A model generated the notes under the pieces. That model was not told where the DNA came from. It saw nothing but the letters and a program-made list of their open reading frames with translations, and ran no database searches. 64,000 nt of DNA from Verrucomicrobiota bacterium (GTDB lineage Bacteria; Verrucomicrobiota; Verrucomicrobiia; Limisphaerales; Palsa-1400), in NCBI GenBank assembly GCA_049510745.1, contig JBEKYR010000021.1:21295-85294 (forward strand), given 5' to 3'. Shown one piece after another: positions 41,221-50,427 of this stretch; the stretch's first letter is position 1, and every line of letters begins with the position of its first letter. A program made the translations under genes and the position numbers.

Positions 41221-42911
41221 GGTTTCTCCTTCGGTTTTGGCTCGGAGGGAATCGCTGGCGGCTGCGGCGCCGCCGCCAAAGCATCGCTGACAATCCTTTG
41301 GGCTTCCTCCAGGATGCGGCGCAGATGATCCGCTCCCCGGAAACTCTCCGCATAAATTTTGTAGATATTCTCGGTCCCTGATGGACGCGCCGCGAACCAT
41401 CCGCTCTCGGCCGCCACTTTCAACCCGCCGAGGGGAGCGCCGTTGCCCGGCGCCTGGGTGAGGACGGCTTGGATTTTTTCACCCGCCAACTCGGTGAGCT
41501 TGACCTGCTGCGGTGAGAGTTTCGCCAACAGGGCTTTTTCCTCCGGAGTGGCTGGCGCCTCCACGCGGTCGTAGGCCGGCTCGCCGAACTCCCGCGTAAG
41601 TTCGTGGTAGATTTCGCCGGGATCGCGGCCCATCCGGGCGGTCATCTCCGCCGCCAGCAAAGCCGGGACAATTCCGTCCTTGTCCGTCGTCCAAACGCTG
41701 CCATCCAGGCGGGCGAACGTGGCGCCGGCGCTCTCCTCTCCGACAAAGCCAAGAAAGCCGTCGAGCAATCCTTCGACGAACCACTTGAATCCAACCGGAA
41801 CCTCAAAAAGCTTCCGGCCCAGTTTGGCCGCTATTCGGTCAATCATCTGGCTGCTCACCACCGTCTTGCCGATAGCCGCCGCCTTGGGCCACTTCGGCCT
41901 GTTCAGAAAAAGATAGAAGATCGCCGCGCACAAGTAGTGATTGGGCGGCAGCAATCCTTTGCTTCTGGTCACAATCCCGTGCCGGTCATGGTCCGGGTCG
42001 CAGGCGAAGGAGAGGTCAAAGCGGTCCTTCATCCCGATCAATCGCTCCATCGCATAGGCCGAGGAAGGGTCCATCCGTATCTGACCGTCCCAATCCACAG
42101 TCATAAACCGGAAGGTGGGATCGACCGCTTCGTTGACCACGGCAAGATTCAAACCATAGCGCTCGGCAATTCGTCCCCAATAATGGACGCCGGCGCCTCC
42201 AAGGGGGTCCACGCCCATGCGAAGCGCCGCGCCGCGGATGACCTCCATTTCAACCACGTCCCCCAGATCGGCAATGTAGGCGCTGAGATAGTCGTGCCGG
42301 TGCGTCGTGGAGGCCGTCAGAGCTTTTGCCAGCGCCATCCGCTTGACGCCGCCCAGGCGGGATTCAAGCAGCTCATTGGCCCTCCTTTCGATCCAACCGG
42401 TGGCCACCGTGTCCGCCGGGCCGCCGTTGGGCGGGTTATATTTAAAGCCTCCATCCGGCGGCGGATTATGCGAGGGCGTGACGACAATGCCATCAGCCAG
42501 ACCGCTCTTCCGGCCGCGATTGTAGGTCAGGATCGCATGAGAAATCACCGGGGTCGGCGTGTATTCGTCCCCGGCTGCGATCATCACCTCGACGCCGTTT
42601 GCCGCCAGCACCTCCATCGCGGTGGCGCAGGCCGGGATCGACAGCGCGTGGGTGTCAATTCCCAGAAAGAGCGGGCCATCGGTCCCCTGCCGCTTTCGAT
42701 AGAGGCAGATCGCTTGCGTGATCGCGAGGATGTGGTCTTCATTGAAAGATCGGTTGAAGGCCGTGCCGCGATGTCCGGACGTGCCGAACGCCACCCGCTG
42801 CGCGGGCGCCGCCGGGTCGGGAGACTCGGTGTAATAGGCCGTGATGAGCCTGGGCACGTTGACCAGCATCCCGGGCTCGACTGGCTTTCCTGCGAGAGGA
42901 CTTGTTTTCAT
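41217..42911 (-). CDS. pgm: phosphoglucomutase
   Basis: FGTSGHRG, TPSHNPP, DPDHDR, GEESAG, RPSGTE. Confidence 0.96.
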   Translation of the reverse strand: MKTSPLAGKPVEPGMLVNVPRLITAYYTESPDPAAPAQRVAFGTSGHRGTAFNRSFNEDHILAITQAICLYRKRQGTDGPLFLGIDTHALSIPACATAMEVLAANGVEVMIAAGDEYTPTPVISHAILTYNRGRKSGLADGIVVTPSHNPPPDGGFKYNPPNGGPADTVATGWIERRANELLESRLGGVKRMALAKALTASTTHRHDYLSAYIADLGDVVEMEVIRGAALRMGVDPLGGAGVHYWGRIAERYGLNLAVVNEAVDPTFRFMTVDWDGQIRMDPSSAYAMERLIGMKDRFDLSFACDPDHDRHGIVTRSKGLLPPNHYLCAAIFYLFLNRPKWPKAAAIGKTVVSSQMIDRIAAKLGRKLFEVPVGFKWFVEGLLDGFLGFVGEESAGATFARLDGSVWTTDKDGIVPALLAAEMTARMGRDPGEIYHELTREFGEPAYDRVEAPATPEEKALLAKLSPQQVKLTELAGEKIQAVLTQAPGNGAPLGGLKVAAESGWFAARPSGTENIYKIYAESFRGADHLRRILEEAQRIVSDALAAAPQPPAIPSEPKPKEKP

Positions 42912-43074
42912 TTCCAGAAAGATGGCGCGCCTGATCCTCTCTGAAAAGCGAATCTTTTGGACGCGGAGAAATGAAGCGGGAGGTGAAGACCCCATGAGAT
43001 TCGAAGGGGACGGGCGACCCGCCGAACACAAAACTCGCTTGCTCCAAACCATTTTCCTGGCTAACATATCCAGC

Positions 43075-43329
43075 ATGAGCACGGTTGAACTCGCTGTAAG
43101 AGAAGTCAAAAAGCTGTCCGCAAGCCAGGCCCGCGAATTGTTGGGTTGGCTGAGCGCGCGGCAGCCCCATGGAACTTCTTTGAAACAACCGGCCCGAACA
43201 TCACGTCGCAAAACCACGGCTCGCCGTTCCATGCAAAAGCTCAAGGCGTGGCAAAACTCCGTTCGCTTCAGCACCGATTGGCAGCCGCCGCGGATGCCTG
43301 ATGACCCCGTCAAACCCTTTCGCCTGTGA
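43075..43329 (+). CDS. putative antitoxin
   Basis: 84-aa ORF with GTGA overlap to the PIN toxin; TAACAT 7 nt before the ATG. Confidence 0.65.
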   Translation: MSTVELAVREVKKLSASQARELLGWLSARQPHGTSLKQPARTSRRKTTARRSMQKLKAWQNSVRFSTDWQPPRMPDDPVKPFRL

Positions 43330-43730
43330 ACTTCGTGCTCGACACGAACGCGGTCAGCGAGACGGAGAAACCGCGCCCTAATCCCGGCTTGATTGCCTGG
43401 CATGATGCCCAAGACCCGGCCCGCCTTTTCATCACCACCGTCACACTGGCCGAAGTATGGCACGGCTTTCACTGTTTGGAACCCAACCACCCGGACTACA
43501 ACCGCATCAAGAGATTCGCGTCCGACCTGCCACGGAAATATCGCGTGTTAAACTTCGACATTCGCGCGGCGGCGATTTGGGGAGAAATGACCGCCCAAGC
43601 GAATGGGCCGCTGCCTCTGCGCGATTCACTCATCGCCGCCATCGTCCGCTCACGCGGCCATCGAATCGTCACGCGCGACACCACGCCATTCGAGCGCATG
43701 GGCTGCAAAGTGGTTGATCCGTGGAAATGA
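43326..43730 (+). CDS. vapC: PIN-domain toxin (VapC/FitB)
   Basis: VLDTNAVSE, TLAE, DSLIAA, IVTRD..F. Confidence 0.9.
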   Translation: MNFVLDTNAVSETEKPRPNPGLIAWHDAQDPARLFITTVTLAEVWHGFHCLEPNHPDYNRIKRFASDLPRKYRVLNFDIRAAAIWGEMTAQANGPLPLRDSLIAAIVRSRGHRIVTRDTTPFERMGCKVVDPWK

Positions 43731-43805
43731 ACCGCGGTCGCGGGCTTGCCGCAACGGAACGCGATGATCTTGGTTTTATTGCCGTTGGGTTTGGCCAGTG
43801 ATCAT

Positions 43806-44216
43806 TCAAGGCCCTCCTTCATTCTTGTTTGCGGCTCCTCTGCTGGCTTGACGCATTTGATCATGCTCCGCCCCTTCGACGCCTTCTTCAACCAGCCTCT
43901 CATTGTCGCTCCGCCCTTCGTCGTCCTCATCCTCGCTGGGAGCCACTGGCGCTTTGTGTCCGGCCGAGCCGGGCACCGGGTCCCAGCGTTCGGATTCGGG
44001 CGCTGATTCAAGCGCTGCCTCTTTCGGGTCCGTCTCCGGTTCGCCCGTCAACTCCCGCTGGGCCTGTTCCCAATCGGATTTCGACACGGCCTCCGCGGCG
44101 CGGCCGTTGATGACCGCCAGTTCAACCGCGCGCTCCCGCACCATTTTGCGGGTCACCGTCCCGATGCCGGTGGAATTTTCGGTCAAGGCGCCTTCCTTCA
44201 GTGGATTTGTTTTCAT
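43806..44216 (-). CDS. acidic hypothetical protein (DUF2934-like N-terminal motif)
   Basis: VRERAVELAVINGR...DWEQAQREL. Confidence 0.6.
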   Translation of the reverse strand: MKTNPLKEGALTENSTGIGTVTRKMVRERAVELAVINGRAAEAVSKSDWEQAQRELTGEPETDPKEAALESAPESERWDPVPGSAGHKAPVAPSEDEDDEGRSDNERLVEEGVEGAEHDQMRQASRGAANKNEGGP

Positions 44217-44226
44217 GGGCTGATCA

Positions 44227-44445
44227 TTACCTTCCATGCGGAAATGTTTGTGCGTTATGCGACGTTTTCATCTGGCGCGAGCCGCGATCCTCGCGCGTGT
44301 CGCGGGATTTGGAAAAAATGTTGTCCCGCTTTTGGGATTTTGGACTTGGGCCGGCCGCCTTGAGGTTCGCGCCAGGTCTGTGGAGCACAGTTTGGAAAAC
44401 AGGAGGTGGAGGTGTTTCCGCGAGGTCGGTGATGGATGCTTTCAT
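44227..44445 (-). CDS. small hypothetical protein
   Basis: Fills the gap between co-oriented genes; no motif recognised. Confidence 0.35.
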   Translation of the reverse strand: MKASITDLAETPPPPVFQTVLHRPGANLKAAGPSPKSQKRDNIFSKSRDTREDRGSRQMKTSHNAQTFPHGR

Positions 44446-44458
44446 GAATTCACTTTCT

Positions 44459-44716
44459 TTATGTCTGGTGGTGGAATCCATGCACGCGGGTGAGGTTGCG
44501 TTCCGCGATCAATTCCGCCTCGGCTTTGAGCCAGTGCTGCACATCGCGCCCGGGCGGCGAACCCTCATTCACATAACTGAAGTAGGCCCTTCTGGCCACC
44601 TCGTCCGGTGACGGCGCAAAATCATTGGCGCTTCGGTCTGAATCCGCAGCCGCAGCGGGCCGCGAGGCCCTGGCCGGTTTTTGGGGTTGGTTCTGGGAGA
44701 ATTTATTGTGTTTCAT
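44459..44716 (-). CDS. DUF2934 domain protein
   Basis: DEVARRAYFSYVNEGSPPGRDVQHWLKAEAEL. Confidence 0.85.
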   Translation of the reverse strand: MKHNKFSQNQPQKPARASRPAAAADSDRSANDFAPSPDEVARRAYFSYVNEGSPPGRDVQHWLKAEAELIAERNLTRVHGFHHQT

Positions 44717-44740
44717 AAAGGGAGAATGGGCTGGGCGGGG

Positions 44741-45454
44741 TCAACCGACCCCACCGCCCGGAGCCAAATGGTGGGCCGGACTCTGCTCGACAGCTTGACT
44801 GGTCAAATTGACGAACACGGTGGATTCCTCGTAACTGATCCGTTCCACCTTTCCCGCCGGTATTTCCACCTCTTTGCCGGAAAGCCGGTGCCCGGTTTTG
44901 ATGACCAACTGGTCAATCGCCCAGCTCTGGGCGTCCATCATAAAATCGCAGACGTGGCCGATCGTTCCATCGGTCGCCTTGATATGGTAACCGTTCACGC
45001 CTTGCGTGCTGCACAGGTGCGCATCGGCGCGTTCGGGTGGCGGGCCGCCGGCAGCGGCTGGTTTGCCCGGAAGAGGTTTTGCCGGCACTTCCAAAATCGG
45101 AAACCCGCTCAGGCCCCACAAAGCGTCCCCCTGCCAGTAGGTGGGCCAGCCGTAATATCGGAAATACTCCTCCTCGTATTGGCGCGACACCGGCTTGTGC
45201 GACTCAATCGAAGGGCTGTTTTCAATCTGTTGCCGGGTCAGATTCACGAGCAGGAGTTTCCCGGCCTGATGGAGACTGCCGAAGGCATGGGGAGCGATGA
45301 GCACCTGCCGCCCCGGCAACCAGGAACCGGTGTCCGCGACCAGATAACGAATCGCCCAGTTCTGATCGTCAAAATAAAAATCCTTCACGTGGCCGATTTC
45401 GCCATCCGACGCCCCGAGTTTGTTTCCGTATAATTGTTTAATGCTTCGCAACAT
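44741..45454 (-). CDS. tandem PRC-barrel protein
   Basis: Two units of A.DG.IGHV.DF..D...WAI..LV..TG. Confidence 0.9.
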   Translation of the reverse strand: MLRSIKQLYGNKLGASDGEIGHVKDFYFDDQNWAIRYLVADTGSWLPGRQVLIAPHAFGSLHQAGKLLLVNLTRQQIENSPSIESHKPVSRQYEEEYFRYYGWPTYWQGDALWGLSGFPILEVPAKPLPGKPAAAGGPPPERADAHLCSTQGVNGYHIKATDGTIGHVCDFMMDAQSWAIDQLVIKTGHRLSGKEVEIPAGKVERISYEESTVFVNLTSQAVEQSPAHHLAPGGGVG

Positions 45455-45563
45455 AAATTGTCGTTCGCCTGGTTGTCTTCCGTTATTTTCCCCGTGCTCG
45501 TCGCGCTTGCCGTTCTGCCAGTTTGCTTTGCCGTTGAAAAAACCTTTCTTTATTTATCGCATG

Positions 45564-45608
45564 AGAATAATTTAAAAAATGCGTCATCGCTATGGGGTGT
45601 TACCCTAC
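45564..45608 (-). promoter_or_regulatory. shared box/-10 promoter 3 (PRC-barrel unit)
   Basis: CTATGGGGTGTTACCCTAC at 45590-45608, identical to site 1; TATTCT 20 nt away. Confidence 0.75.
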
Positions 45609-45797
45609 CGAAGGACACGCCCAATTGAATCCCGGCGTGGCCGCAACACTTTTGCGCCGGGGACGCCGGAGCGGCCCGCCGGTTCGCCCTCTCATCGCTC
45701 CCCGGCGGACGCTTCCAAACTGAAACCAAGGGTTTTCCCAGTGGCGGCAAGGAACGCCCTAGTCGCAGTCTGACCTCCCGGAAGGTAACGGTAATTC

Positions 45798-47411
45798 ATG
45801 AGGATTTTTCACAAACGCAAAGCGCCCCGCGCCAACGACGTTTTGCGCCGGCCTGTCAAAATCACCGCACGGGCGAAGTCTCTGGGTGGTTGCCTGATCC
45901 TCGCTGCCCTCAGCACCACCGTTTCAGCAGGGAGTGTCACTTTGGCTTGGGACCCAAGCACGGATTCAATCATTGCCGGTTACAACATCTATTACGGCGG
46001 AGCCAGCGGCGCTTACACGTCGAGCGCGGACGCGGGCGCGAATTTGACTGCGGAGGTTGACGGATTAACGCCGGGGCTGACGTATTATTTCGCCGTGACT
46101 GCCTACGATACCAATGGCTTCGAGAGTGAGTTCTCAGACGAGATCACGAACAGGCTCCCGGTTCTTCCGTGGATTATTGCGCCGCCGTTGACACAGACAA
46201 ATATCGCCGGGACGTCCGTCACCCTTGCTGTCAGCGCCGACGGCGATCCGCCCCTGAGTTTTCAGTGGGTGAACGGGCTTGCGCCCATTTCCGGCGCCAC
46301 CGCTTCGCTCCTCAGTTGGCCCCAAATCGGGGACTACAACGCGGGCAATTATACCGTCGTTGTCTCCAATCCTTGGGGCAGCGCCACCAGCCGTGTCGCC
46401 ACGTTGACCGTGATCGATCCCCCGTCGATCATCACCCAGCCCTCATCCAGCACGGTGATTGCCACGACTGCTGCGTCGTTCTCCTCCGCCGCGACCGGCA
46501 CGGCGCCGTTGTCAATTCAATGGTACTTCGGAACGACGGCCATCGCGGGAGCCACAAACAGCGCCCTGGCCTGGGCCGCTGTCGCGGCTTCCAATGCGGG
46601 CGGTTACCACTTCACGGTGTCCAACGTGGCGGGCGCTCTCACCAGCTCCGCCGCCACGTTGACGGTCCTTCCCACCAACACGATTGCGACCGCCACCGGC
46701 GTGTATAACGGCTTGTTTTTCCAAACCAATGTCGATGGAACGCCAGCCGTGACCCTGGCCACCGCGGGGTTCCTCGGCAACTGCGTTGTGGCCGGCAACG
46801 GCGCATTCAGCGCAAAGGTTTATGTCGGCGGACTGTCCTACGCGTTGGCGGGAGTTTTTGATATTTCCGGAAACGCGAGCGCCAGCATTCCCCGCCCCGG
46901 CACGGGTTTGTCCAACTTGACGGCTGTGTTGGGCCTGGATTTGTGCAACGGCACGCGGCAAATTACCGGCACGATTTCGAGCACGACCGCCAGCAACGCC
47001 TGGACAGCGCCTTTGCTCGCTGATCGCGCCACCAACGCCTTCCCGCAACTCGCCAGGGTCAATCTTTTGGTGTCTCCAGGAGTATCCGCCCATTCTCCAA
47101 CCAATTCCGGCCGGGTGACCGGCGTCGTTGTCAACGGCGTCCTTTCCCTCTCCGGTGTGTTGGGGGACACAGCGGCCTTTTCGCAATCCGTGCCGATTTC
47201 CAAGGATGGGAACGTGCCGCTTTTCGTCAGCCTGTATAACGGCGGTCTGTTCAATAACAACGGTCTGCTGGAAGGATGGCTCAATCTGGCCGGCGGCGTC
47301 GTGACCGGCAATCTCACCTGGATTCGCCCCGCCGGTGTCATCCTGCCGGCTGGTTTTCCGCTGGGCTTCGACACTGGAGTGCAGGTTACAGGCGCGACTT
47401 TCAACCACTGA
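45798..47411 (+). CDS. secreted FN3 + 2x Ig-domain protein
   Basis: VTLAWD..GYNIYYG..YYFAVTAYD; LSFQW..AGNYTVVVSN. Confidence 0.85.
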   Translation: MRIFHKRKAPRANDVLRRPVKITARAKSLGGCLILAALSTTVSAGSVTLAWDPSTDSIIAGYNIYYGGASGAYTSSADAGANLTAEVDGLTPGLTYYFAVTAYDTNGFESEFSDEITNRLPVLPWIIAPPLTQTNIAGTSVTLAVSADGDPPLSFQWVNGLAPISGATASLLSWPQIGDYNAGNYTVVVSNPWGSATSRVATLTVIDPPSIITQPSSSTVIATTAASFSSAATGTAPLSIQWYFGTTAIAGATNSALAWAAVAASNAGGYHFTVSNVAGALTSSAATLTVLPTNTIATATGVYNGLFFQTNVDGTPAVTLATAGFLGNCVVAGNGAFSAKVYVGGLSYALAGVFDISGNASASIPRPGTGLSNLTAVLGLDLCNGTRQITGTISSTTASNAWTAPLLADRATNAFPQLARVNLLVSPGVSAHSPTNSGRVTGVVVNGVLSLSGVLGDTAAFSQSVPISKDGNVPLFVSLYNGGLFNNNGLLEGWLNLAGGVVTGNLTWIRPAGVILPAGFPLGFDTGVQVTGATFNH

Positions 47412-47486
47412 CGACTCACCGGCGTCTTGACTTTGCGCCCCAAAAATTGAGCGTCAATGATCGCGTGCGAGGATGACCTTGCGCCG

Positions 47487-48095
47487 TCAGCTTTCCTGCG
47501 AAATCAGTCCGACCCGCAAAGCGAATCGAACCAGTCCCGGAACATTGTGAACGTTCAGGCAGTTCATCAACTTCATGCGATGGTATTCCACGGTCTTGGG
47601 GCTGACCTTGAGGATTTCGGCGGTTTGCTTGGTGTTCCGGCCTTCGGCGATGAGTTGGAGGATTTCGCGCTGCCGGTTCGTCAACTGTTCGAGCGGGCTT
47701 TTCTGGTCGGCGATCCCATTCATAGGAAGCTGTTTCAGGGGTCCTTTGGAGATTTCAGGACGCACATTAAACTCGTTGTTAACCGCGCGTCGCAGGATCG
47801 TTTCGACTTGCTCGGTTCGCGTCTCGGCTTGTTCCGTCCGCGTCTTGGCTATTTCTGTCCGGGTTTCAGCCTGCTCCGTCCGCATCTCCGCCTGCTCAAT
47901 CCGCGTCTTGGCCTGCTCCGTCCGCGCCTCAGCCCGCTCCGTCCGCGCCTCAGCCCGTTCAACCCGCGTGTCGTGGCCGGGCACGTACGCGTCTTGATTC
48001 TTCTTTAACTCCCCTGTCGCGCGAGCCGCAGTTTGGCCCGCATCCTCGGCGGGTGATGCCTGACGTTCTGTTTTCGAAGAGTCTTTCAAATTCAC
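47487..48095 (-). CDS. LuxR/NarL-type HTH regulator with N-terminal heptad coiled coil and no receiver domain
   Basis: LTNRQREILQLIAEGRNTKQTAEILKVSPKTVEYHRMKLM. Confidence 0.88.
   Translation of the reverse strand: MNLKDSSKTERQASPAEDAGQTAARATGELKKNQDAYVPGHDTRVERAEARTERAEARTEQAKTRIEQAEMRTEQAETRTEIAKTRTEQAETRTEQVETILRRAVNNEFNVRPEISKGPLKQLPMNGIADQKSPLEQLTNRQREILQLIAEGRNTKQTAEILKVSPKTVEYHRMKLMNCLNVHNVPGLVRFALRVGLISQES
47802..47969 (-). repeat. 21-bp tandem repeat x8 encoding xRTEQAE heptads
   Basis: TRVERAE ARTERAE ARTEQAK TRIEQAE MRTEQAE TRTEIAK TRTEQAE TRTEQVE. Confidence 0.9.
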
Positions 48096-48100
48096 GGGTT

Positions 48101-48147
48101 AGAATAAGCCGGAAGACTCCGCGGTCGCTATGGGGTGTTCACCCCAT
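48101..48147 (-). promoter_or_regulatory. shared box/-10 promoter 4 (LuxR gene, probably leaderless)
   Basis: ATGGGGTG-TT-CACCCCAT perfect inverted repeat; TATTCT 21 nt away and 5 nt before the GTG start. Confidence 0.75.
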
Positions 48148-48262
48148 CCGTGATCATAGTCGACGGATAGTTTTTCGCATGCCGCAATATTCCACGCTAG
48201 ACTTGACGAATTCAACACGGCACGGCGTGTCGGCGCTGGTCTGTGCCCGAAAAAATGTCCCG

Positions 48263-48559
48263 CTATGATTTTGGCCGCGGGCCGAACTCCGACCACAGCG
48301 ATAGGGCCAACTGCGCGCCTTTCAGGAGGATCTGCCACCACGATGGTTTCTCGGCAGCGGGCGCGGACTTGGTCCGCCGGAAGGCCGCCAGGCCCGCCAC
48401 CAGCATCGCGGCTGACGCGGCGATCGATCCGAAGGATTTGGCACGGTCGGCAACCGAGCGAACTCCGTCAGCCATCGTCTGCCATTCCTGCACCAGTTGG
48501 GCGCGATTGAGTTCGCTCTCTGCGATCAACAATTGCTTGCGCGATTCCAGCGGAGTCAT
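48263..48559 (-). CDS. YqjK-like small protein
   Basis: RKQLLIAESELNRAQL; third gene of an ElaB-YqjE-YqjK-type triplet. Confidence 0.65.
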   Translation of the reverse strand: MTPLESRKQLLIAESELNRAQLVQEWQTMADGVRSVADRAKSFGSIAASAAMLVAGLAAFRRTKSAPAAEKPSWWQILLKGAQLALSLWSEFGPRPKS

Positions 48560-48945
48560 TCGAGGATTTTTTCCAAACATGCGCGGTCCTTTCGAAGTTG
48601 ATCGAGCGAGGCGGAAAGGCTCTGCCAGTCACGCAACAATCCGGTGAGTCGCCGGCAAAGACAAACCCCGGCCGCTCCGTAGAGGCCGGTCAATGTCAGG
48701 AGGACGGCCACGGGTGAATCAGCCCCCAACCAAACCACGATGGCAGCCGTGAGCGTAATGCCAGCCAGCAGACCGAATGCTCCCATGCCGAGAACCAAAA
48801 GAACGGCGTGCAGGAGACGCTCGCGGTCCTCCTGCACTTCCACCGCCAACAGTTCGAGCCGGTTTTCCCCGATGGTCAAAAGCCGCCGCCCAAGATGTTT
48901 CGAGGTTGTGCCCAGTTGCCCGAAGCTGGGGGTGGATTCTGCCAT
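48556..48945 (-). CDS. YqjE-like (phage holin family) membrane protein
   Basis: ENRLELLAVEVQEDR, 2 TM segments, SLDQLRKDR. Confidence 0.8.
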   Translation of the reverse strand: MAESTPSFGQLGTTSKHLGRRLLTIGENRLELLAVEVQEDRERLLHAVLLVLGMGAFGLLAGITLTAAIVVWLGADSPVAVLLTLTGLYGAAGVCLCRRLTGLLRDWQSLSASLDQLRKDRACLEKILE

Positions 48946-48952
48946 AACCAAA

Positions 48953-49258
48953 TCAATCGCGGTTGCGGGAGCACCGGCGCCCAACCAGATAACCGATGAG
49001 TGCCCCGACCCCGAGGGCGATGGCAATGGCTTGATAGGGATGCTCATGCACGGCCTCGTCAGCCGCCTTGGCGCCTTCGATCGCTTTGTCGCGCACACGA
49101 CTCGCGATTTCCTTGCCGCGTTCCAGTGCGGCGGCGAGACGATTGCGGGCTTCCCCGACTTTTTCTCCGGCCACGTCGGCGGTGGCGGCCATCAACGCGC
49201 GTGCATCTTCGGCCAGTTGGCCCGTCTCAGTACTGCTTGCTTGTGTATGTTTGTTCAT
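48953..49258 (-). CDS. ElaB/YqjD/DUF883 tail-anchored protein
   Basis: ADEAVHEHPYQAIAIALGVGALIGYLVGRR. Confidence 0.9.
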   Translation of the reverse strand: MNKHTQASSTETGQLAEDARALMAATADVAGEKVGEARNRLAAALERGKEIASRVRDKAIEGAKAADEAVHEHPYQAIAIALGVGALIGYLVGRRCSRNRD

Positions 49259-49300
49259 ATCTTATCTGTTTTCTGTTTGTTTGCGTTTTTCAAGGGACAG

Positions 49301-50344
49301 TCACGGTTTGAACACGTTGACGATGACCGGCAGTTCAATCCTGGATTGCGCCGCCACCGAGGTTTCAAAGGACACATTGCCGCTGACGGTGCTTGCCGGC
49401 ACATCATCAAGTCGGGCGATCAGTTCATACACCTTCCCGGCCTCTTTGGGCACCAGTTCGACCTTGATGTCCTTGAGCGTGCTTTGCGGATTCTTCAATT
49501 CAAACGTCTGGCCACTGGCCGAGCGGATCGTCACCCGCCGCGTGCTCAACTCCTCCGGGACCGCTGCGGGCCTCTTCGCCGCGTCGGTGATGCTCCAGTA
49601 CAACACTTCCGGACTGAGGGAAACCTCGCCCAGGACCTGGCCGTAGAGGTAAATGCTGGAAACCGGCGTGTTCGTCTGCTCACCGGCATAGACATGGACG
49701 TATTCGTTGAAACGGCGCGGCAGTCCATCCCGTTGAATGGCGACCCGAATGCGCGCGGTCGTCTCATCCGCCTGGGCGCTCGGCTCCACGGTCGCCGTGA
49801 TCCAAGCCTTGGAGGCGGCCAGCCTTGCGATCCGCAGCGGTTTTCCGTCCGTGCGGGTAAGAGTGGTGGTTTGGGCGGTAGCATTCACCCCGAACGCCAG
49901 GTTGGGAGTGAGTGTTATTGGGCTGAGTTCGTAGAGCGGCGTGTAATCCGCCTTGATGACAAGCGAGACTTCGGGAGTCTGCGGATCGTTCGACCGGACC
50001 GCGATGTGCTTCTCCAGGGTCGCCCGGGAAAGGCCGAGATTCAAGGTGAAGGGCAGTTCACCGGTTGCGCCCGGCGGGAGGGTGTTCGGCTTCACCTCGG
50101 CAACCGTGCAGCCGCAGGATGGCTTGGGCGGCTCCACCTTGAGGATGCCGTCGCCGGCGTTCTTGAACTTGAAGACGCCGGAGACGGTTGCGACCTGCGA
50201 GGTCTTGCCAAAGTCATAGAGCGTCTGGTCGAACTGGATTTTGGGCGTGCCCTCCGCCTGCGCCGCAACGCACAGGGCGCCCATCCATAATGCCCCCGCC
50301 AAAAGTGTCGGCGTTCTTTTCATAAGTGCGAATCTGTATTTCAT
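49301..50344 (-). CDS. DUF1573 domain secreted protein
   Basis: YDFG..FKFKNAGDGIL..PSCGCT..VRSNDP. Confidence 0.85.
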   Translation of the reverse strand: MKYRFALMKRTPTLLAGALWMGALCVAAQAEGTPKIQFDQTLYDFGKTSQVATVSGVFKFKNAGDGILKVEPPKPSCGCTVAEVKPNTLPPGATGELPFTLNLGLSRATLEKHIAVRSNDPQTPEVSLVIKADYTPLYELSPITLTPNLAFGVNATAQTTTLTRTDGKPLRIARLAASKAWITATVEPSAQADETTARIRVAIQRDGLPRRFNEYVHVYAGEQTNTPVSSIYLYGQVLGEVSLSPEVLYWSITDAAKRPAAVPEELSTRRVTIRSASGQTFELKNPQSTLKDIKVELVPKEAGKVYELIARLDDVPASTVSGNVSFETSVAAQSRIELPVIVNVFKP

Positions 50345-50368
50345 AATTATCGGTGCTCTCTTCTGTCG

Positions 50369-50402
50369 AAAACCCAGCCGAAGGAACCTTCCTTCGGCTG
50401 GG
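50369..50402 (-). terminator. intrinsic terminator after the giant surface-protein gene
   Basis: 12-bp perfect stem CCCAGCCGAAGG/CCTTCGGCTGGG followed by TTTT on the minus strand. Confidence 0.75.
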
Positions 50403-50427
50403 ATGATCGTTCCCAGAGTTGGGTTTA

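Noticed and set aside
42980..42998. Plus-strand box before the TA pair (GAGGTGAAGACCCCATGA)
   Set aside because: Partial match with no TAnnnT at 20-22 nt.
42912..43490. N-terminal extension of Pgm in the 757-aa ORF
   Set aside because: Overlaps the TA pair on the other strand; Pgm homology starts at MKTSPLAGK (42911).
48556..48945. Prophage inferred from the holin-family gene
   Set aside because: It sits in an ElaB-YqjE-YqjK-type cellular triplet; there are no phage genes nearby.
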